DNA from: Pseudoalteromonas translucida KMM 520
Lineage (GTDB): Bacteria; Pseudomonadota; Gammaproteobacteria; Enterobacterales; Alteromonadaceae
DNA length: 32,000 bases
Direction: 5' to 3'
Assembly (NCBI RefSeq): GCF_001465295.1
Contig: NZ_CP011034.1
Coordinates: forward strand, 1,920,001-1,952,000
The notes beneath the pieces were generated by a model. That model did not search any database. It was not told the origin of the DNA and saw nothing but the letters and a program-made list of their open reading frames with translations. Both the position numbers and the translations under genes were made by a program. Below, in pieces: positions 27,799 through 32,000 of the stretch (the stretch's first letter is position 1; each line of letters starts with the position of its first letter).

Positions 27799-30284
27799 TA
27801 ATTTGCTCCATTAGGTACTAATACATCGCGAGCGCCATTGTGGCCAGCTGAACTCACGATACCCGATGTTTCCATTTGTTCTACTAAGCGTGCTGCGCGG
27901 TTATAGCCAACACGTAATTTACGTTGCACAGACGACACCGATACTTTACCGGTTTCAATTACAAACGACACGGCTTCGTCGTACAGCGGATCGTTTTCTT
28001 CATCTGCGTTTTCGCTGGCTTCACCCGGTAATAAAATATCCTCGTTCGCGTCGCCATTGAGTATTTCGTCTATGTAATTTGGTTTAGCACGGGCTTTCCA
28101 GTCGTTTACTACCGCGTGTACTTCGTGGTCGTCTACAAACGCGCCATGCACACGCTCAGGAACACTTGTACCTGGCGGTAAATACAACATATCACCCATA
28201 CCTAGTAAGTTTTCGGCACCTTGTTGGTCAAGTATAGTGCGCGAATCTATTTTACTCGATACCTGAAACGCCATACGCGTTGGTATATTTGCTTTAATTA
28301 AACCGGTAATTACGTCTACCGATGGGCGCTGTGTTGCCAGTATTAAATGAATACCTGCGGCACGTGCTTTTTGCGCAATACGGGCAATTAGCTCTTCTAC
28401 TTTTTTACCTACAATCATCATCATGTCGGCAAATTCGTCAATTACTACCACTATACTAGGTAGTTTTCCAAGCTCATCTGGGCCATCTTTCATGCCATCG
28501 GTGTCTTTAAATAATGGGTCCATTATTGGGTAGCCCGCTTCTTTGGCTTCAAGCACCTTTTGGTTGTAACCTTTTAAGTTACGTACACCCAACGCCGACA
28601 TTAGCTTATAACGACGCTCCATTTCGCCTACACACCAACGCAGTGCATTAGCGGCTTCTTTCATGTCGGTAACTACTTCACACAATAAATGCGGAATACC
28701 TTCGTATACCGAAAGCTCAAGCATTTTCGGGTCAATCATGATCATACGTACATCGTCAGGACCCGATTTGTACAGTAAGCTTACTATCATGACATTAACG
28801 CCCACTGATTTACCCGAGCCTGTAGTACCGGCTACCAGTAAATGCGGCATTTTACCAAGGTCGGCACATACCGGCTCCCCTGCAATATCTTTACCTAATA
28901 CCATGGTGAGTGGCGATGGGTTTTGCTCAAATTTAGGGGCGTTTATTACTTCTGATAAACGCACTATTTCGCGATACTTGTTAGGCAGCTCTATGCCTAC
29001 ATAGGTTTTTCCCGGAATAACCTCAACCACACGTACACTAATTGCTGAAAGCGAACGGGCTAAATCTTTTGCTAAACCGGTAATTTTAGACACCTTTATA
29101 CCGGGTGCTAAATCTAGCTCAAAGCGTGTAACAACTGGCCCTGGGTATACTGCTACAACCTTTGCTTGTACGTTAAAGTCGAGCAGTTTTGTCTCTACTA
29201 GTCGTGATACTGTATCGAGCTCTTCTTGCGAAATAGGATTTTTAGCTTTGTCGGGTCTGTCGAGTAAATCAAGCGATGGTAATGGCCCCAGTGGCGGCTC
29301 TTGATTAAGTAATTGTTCAAATTTTTCTTTGGCTGTTGGTGGCGGCTGATACGCAGCTTTTGGCTTGTTCATTGGCCTAGCTGGCGATACTACCGTAGTT
29401 ACTGGCTTTTCAGGCTCTACTACTGGGCTCTGATCAAGTGCATTAAGTGCAGCTTCTGTATCCATTGGATCGTCATCTATGGCGCTAAAGCCAATTTCTT
29501 GATCGAGTATGTCGTCAAGCTCGTCAAACGGCATAAATTCGTCGCTAATTTGCGGCTCATTAAATGGCGTTTGCGGTTTGTTAATTGATTTTTGTTTATT
29601 TACTTTTTTAGTATTTGTTTCATCGGCTTGCTCGTCGGTGTCTGGTTCAAATTGTGCGTCTATTTGCTGATTATCAGTACCCGCTAAACGCTCTCGGTTT
29701 AACCAGCCTTTTATATAATTGCTTGTGTAACGATAAAAACGGACGATTAAATCACCTAAATAATCAACAAAATCAACCCACGATACGCCCGTTAATAATG
29801 TTAAACCGGCAAAAAAGAAGCACAATAATAATATTGAAGTACCGGTAAAGTTAAATGCCGGCATCATTGCCGATTCAATTACATCGCCCACTACCCCGCC
29901 TGATGAAAAGTTATAAATATCATCAAAATTAATGCTGCTAATAGCGGTGGCTGAGGTAATAAATAAAGCAAAACCAATAACACGCAATGCTAAGGTGGTG
30001 TAGTCGAGTTGTAAAATTCGGTGCGGTTGTTTAAATAGTAAATAGCCAAATATCTGAATTGCGGCCGGTACTAAATAAGCCAACCAGCCAAAAGTGAGTA
30101 ATAATATGTCAGCAATCCAGGCACCTGCAGCGCCAGTAATGTTTTTTACTTCGCTAAAGCTAGTTTGCGACCATGCAGCATCCGCCGGATCAAAGCTGAT
30201 TAAGGCACATAAAATAAATATTGCTGTAAAAGTGCTGATTATCAGCCCTGTTTCTAATAGCCTTTGCACACCGTTTAGGCGCAT
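27798..30284 (-). CDS. ftsK: DNA translocase FtsK
   Basis: There are N-terminal TM helices, a Pro/Gln/Asp-rich linker, a motor domain with Walker A GTTGSGKS and Walker [13 protein letters not shown], and a C-terminal gamma winged-helix ([23 protein letters not shown]). Confidence 0.95.
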   Translation of the reverse strand: MRLNGVQRLLETGLIISTFTAIFILCALISFDPADAAWSQTSFSEVKNITGAAGAWIADILLLTFGWLAYLVPAAIQIFGYLLFKQPHRILQLDYTTLALRVIGFALFITSATAISSINFDDIYNFSSGGVVGDVIESAMMPAFNFTGTSILLLCFFFAGLTLLTGVSWVDFVDYLGDLIVRFYRYTSNYIKGWLNRERLAGTDNQQIDAQFEPDTDEQADETNTKKVNKQKSINKPQTPFNEPQISDEFMPFDELDDILDQEIGFSAIDDDPMDTEAALNALDQSPVVEPEKPVTTVVSPARPMNKPKAAYQPPPTAKEKFEQLLNQEPPLGPLPSLDLLDRPDKAKNPISQEELDTVSRLVETKLLDFNVQAKVVAVYPGPVVTRFELDLAPGIKVSKITGLAKDLARSLSAISVRVVEVIPGKTYVGIELPNKYREIVRLSEVINAPKFEQNPSPLTMVLGKDIAGEPVCADLGKMPHLLVAGTTGSGKSVGVNVMIVSLLYKSGPDDVRMIMIDPKMLELSVYEGIPHLLCEVVTDMKEAANALRWCVGEMERRYKLMSALGVRNLKGYNQKVLEAKEAGYPIMDPLFKDTDGMKDGPDELGKLPSIVVVIDEFADMMMIVGKKVEELIARIAQKARAAGIHLILATQRPSVDVITGLIKANIPTRMAFQVSSKIDSRTILDQQGAENLLGMGDMLYLPPGTSVPERVHGAFVDDHEVHAVVNDWKARAKPNYIDEILNGDANEDILLPGEASENADEENDPLYDEAVSFVIETGKVSVSSVQRKLRVGYNRAARLVEQMETSGIVSSAGHNGARDVLVPNGAN

Positions 30285-30480
30285 AATTCCCTATTCCTCT
30301 TTATTATTTTACACTCACTTAGCAGTGGAATACCTTAGCAGGAAATGTATTTTGTTGCACTTTATCTTAACCTTGATGGCCTGATTATGAACAAGTTTTT
30401 ATAATTTAAACTTATATTATGCGAAACTAATTATAAATTACTATATTAGCCTGTAAATAACACACATATTGTAAATCAGC

Positions 30481-30966
30481 TTAAGCAACATAGGGGCGAA
30501 TAATTACGCCTTCCTCGCCTTTTACTTCTTCCATTACTACATAAGTACGACTTTCGCTAACATTGGGTAACTTTAAGAGTATATCGCCCAGTACTCCTCG
30601 GTACTCAGACATGTCGTTTACCCGCGTTTTAAGTAAAAAGTCAAAATTACCCGATACTAAATGGCACTCTATTATTTCGTTATGCTTTTTAACTGCGGCA
30701 CTAAATTCGTCAAATACATCTGCCGATGTTTTAGTAATAGTTACCTCAACGTATACCGATAAACCTTGGCCAAGCTTAGCCGGATCGACCACTGCCTTGT
30801 AACCAAGTATATAACCTTCTCGCTCCAACTTTTTTACACGCTCTAAACACGGTGTCGCACTTAAGCCAACTCGTCGGGCCAGTTCCACATTAGATAGCCG
30901 CCCATCCTGTTGTAATTCCACTAATATTTTGCGATCTATTCTATCTAATAGTGTATGCATACTCAC
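30481..30966 (-). CDS. lrp: leucine-responsive regulatory protein (Lrp/AsnC family)
   Basis: LDRIDRKILVELQQDGRLSNVELARRVGLSATPCLERVKKLEREGYI..ECHLVSGNFDFLLKTRV.DMSEYR..TYVVMEEVK is almost collinear with E. coli Lrp. Confidence 0.93.
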   Translation of the reverse strand: MSMHTLLDRIDRKILVELQQDGRLSNVELARRVGLSATPCLERVKKLEREGYILGYKAVVDPAKLGQGLSVYVEVTITKTSADVFDEFSAAVKKHNEIIECHLVSGNFDFLLKTRVNDMSEYRGVLGDILLKLPNVSESRTYVVMEEVKGEEGVIIRPYVA

Positions 30967-31099
30967 CTAGTTTATTATTCTGTTTAAAAGCCAAAAGCAG
31001 ATATTATCACTATAATATGTTAAAAAAAAGGTAAGACACACTGGCAACACATGAATATAATAGTGAAAAAACTTATCCCGTTCTAACAAGGCGAAAATT

Positions 31100-32000
31100 A
31101 TGATTATAGGTGTACCTAAAGAAATTAAAAACCATGAATACCGCGTAGGTATGGTTCCTGCTAGTGTTCGTGAGCTCGTTAATCACGGCCACCAAGTATT
31201 AGTGGAAACAGATGCGGGTATGGGCATTGGCTTTACTAACGATGATTACGTACAAGCCGGTGCTGAAATTTTAGCAACACCTGCTGATGTATTCGCAAAA
31301 GCCGAGATGATAATTAAAGTAAAAGAGCCACAAGCGATTGAACGTGCCATGCTGCGCGAAGATCAGATTCTTTTCACTTACTTACATCTTGCCCCTGATT
31401 TACCACAAACTGAAGACCTAGTTAAAAGCAAAGCAATTTGTATTGCATACGAAACAGTCACAGACTCTCGCGGTGGCCTTCCTCTTTTAGCTCCTATGAG
31501 TGAAGTAGCAGGTCGTATGTCTATTCAAGCAGGCGCACAAGCGCTTGAAAAAATAAATAAAGGCAGTGGTATGTTACTTGGTGGCGTACCGGGCGTTGAG
31601 CCAGCTAAAGTAGTTATTATTGGCGGCGGTATGGTTGGCCGTAGTGCTGCGCTTATGGCGGTTGGTTTAGGTGCAAATGTAGTAATACTTGATCGTAACA
31701 TTGATGTATTACGCGCACTAGACGCACAGTTTGGCAACAAAGTACGCGCTATTTACTCAACTGCCGACGCACTAGAAAAACACGTACTAGAGGCCGATTT
31801 AGTAATTGGCGGTGTACTCATTCCAGGTGCAGCTGCACCTAAACTAGTAACTGCGGAACACATTAAAGCCATGAAGCCAGGCTCTGCAATTGTTGATGTA
31901 GCAATTGACCAAGGTGGTTGTATTGCTACTTCTAAAGCAACTACGCATGCAGATCCTACGTTCATTGTTGATGACGTTGTTCACTATTGTGTTGCTAATA
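31100..32000 (+). CDS. ald: alanine dehydrogenase, N-terminal 300 codons; the 3' end lies outside the window
   Basis: The frame is open from the ATG at 31100 to the window end. It is not in the ORF track because no stop is reached. The translation MIIGVPKEIKNHEYRVGMVPASVRELVNHGHQVLVE.., NAD motif VIIGGGMVGRSAA and ..HYCVAN are hallmarks of L-alanine dehydrogenase. It is divergent from lrp. Confidence 0.92.
   Translation, partial: MIIGVPKEIKNHEYRVGMVPASVRELVNHGHQVLVETDAGMGIGFTNDDYVQAGAEILATPADVFAKAEMIIKVKEPQAIERAMLREDQILFTYLHLAPDLPQTEDLVKSKAICIAYETVTDSRGGLPLLAPMSEVAGRMSIQAGAQALEKINKGSGMLLGGVPGVEPAKVVIIGGGMVGRSAALMAVGLGANVVILDRNIDVLRALDAQFGNKVRAIYSTADALEKHVLEADLVIGGVLIPGAAAPKLVTAEHIKAMKPGSAIVDVAIDQGGCIATSKATTHADPTFIVDDVVHYCVAN

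Noticed and set aside
31525-31965. Two minus-strand ORFs (71 and 70 aa) near the right end
   Set aside because: They are antisense shadows of the alanine dehydrogenase gene. That gene is missing from the ORF track only because it runs off the window.

Overview
The window looks like chromosomal DNA from an AT-rich marine gammaproteobacterium. Gene content, protein sequences and the conserved lrp-ftsK-lolA-rarA-crcB-serS block suggest Alteromonadales or Pseudoalteromonas, but this is inference with no database search. About 27 kb is ordinary housekeeping or conserved cargo: roxA (partial), GNAT, M28 peptidase, spermidine-synthase-like methyltransferase, ABC exporter, flavin monooxygenase, NhaD antiporter, MAPEG, EEP nuclease/phosphatase, long U32 protein plus GST-like gene, avtA, NRAMP transporter, PQQ sugar dehydrogenase, serS, crcB, rarA, lolA, ftsK, lrp and ald (partial). 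No tRNA, rRNA or CRISPR was recognised. The outlier is a roughly 4.2 kb accessory island (about 19.86-24.07 kb) between the sugar dehydrogenase gene and serS. It holds two integron-type gene cassettes on the minus strand with no integron integrase nearby, that is, a CALIN-like attC cluster. Each cassette is bracketed by the R'/R'' inverted-repeat signature, and a 101-bp attC-like imperfect palindrome lies between them. Cassette 1 encodes a 413-aa protein with a C-terminal PD-(D/E)xK-like nuclease motif. Cassette 2 encodes a 443-aa PIN-like nuclease with a tail of seven 17-aa (51-bp) tandem repeats. The attC of cassette 2 is cut off by the 3' remnant of an IS110-family transposase gene. Next to that lie a FlxA-like coiled-coil gene with an in-frame TAA and two REP-like palindromes. 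The two large nuclease-type cassettes are the best candidates for an undescribed system, most plausibly single-gene anti-phage or abortive-infection modules. Separately, a 365-bp MITE-like element with 12-bp terminal inverted repeats sits between the NRAMP gene and its terminator.
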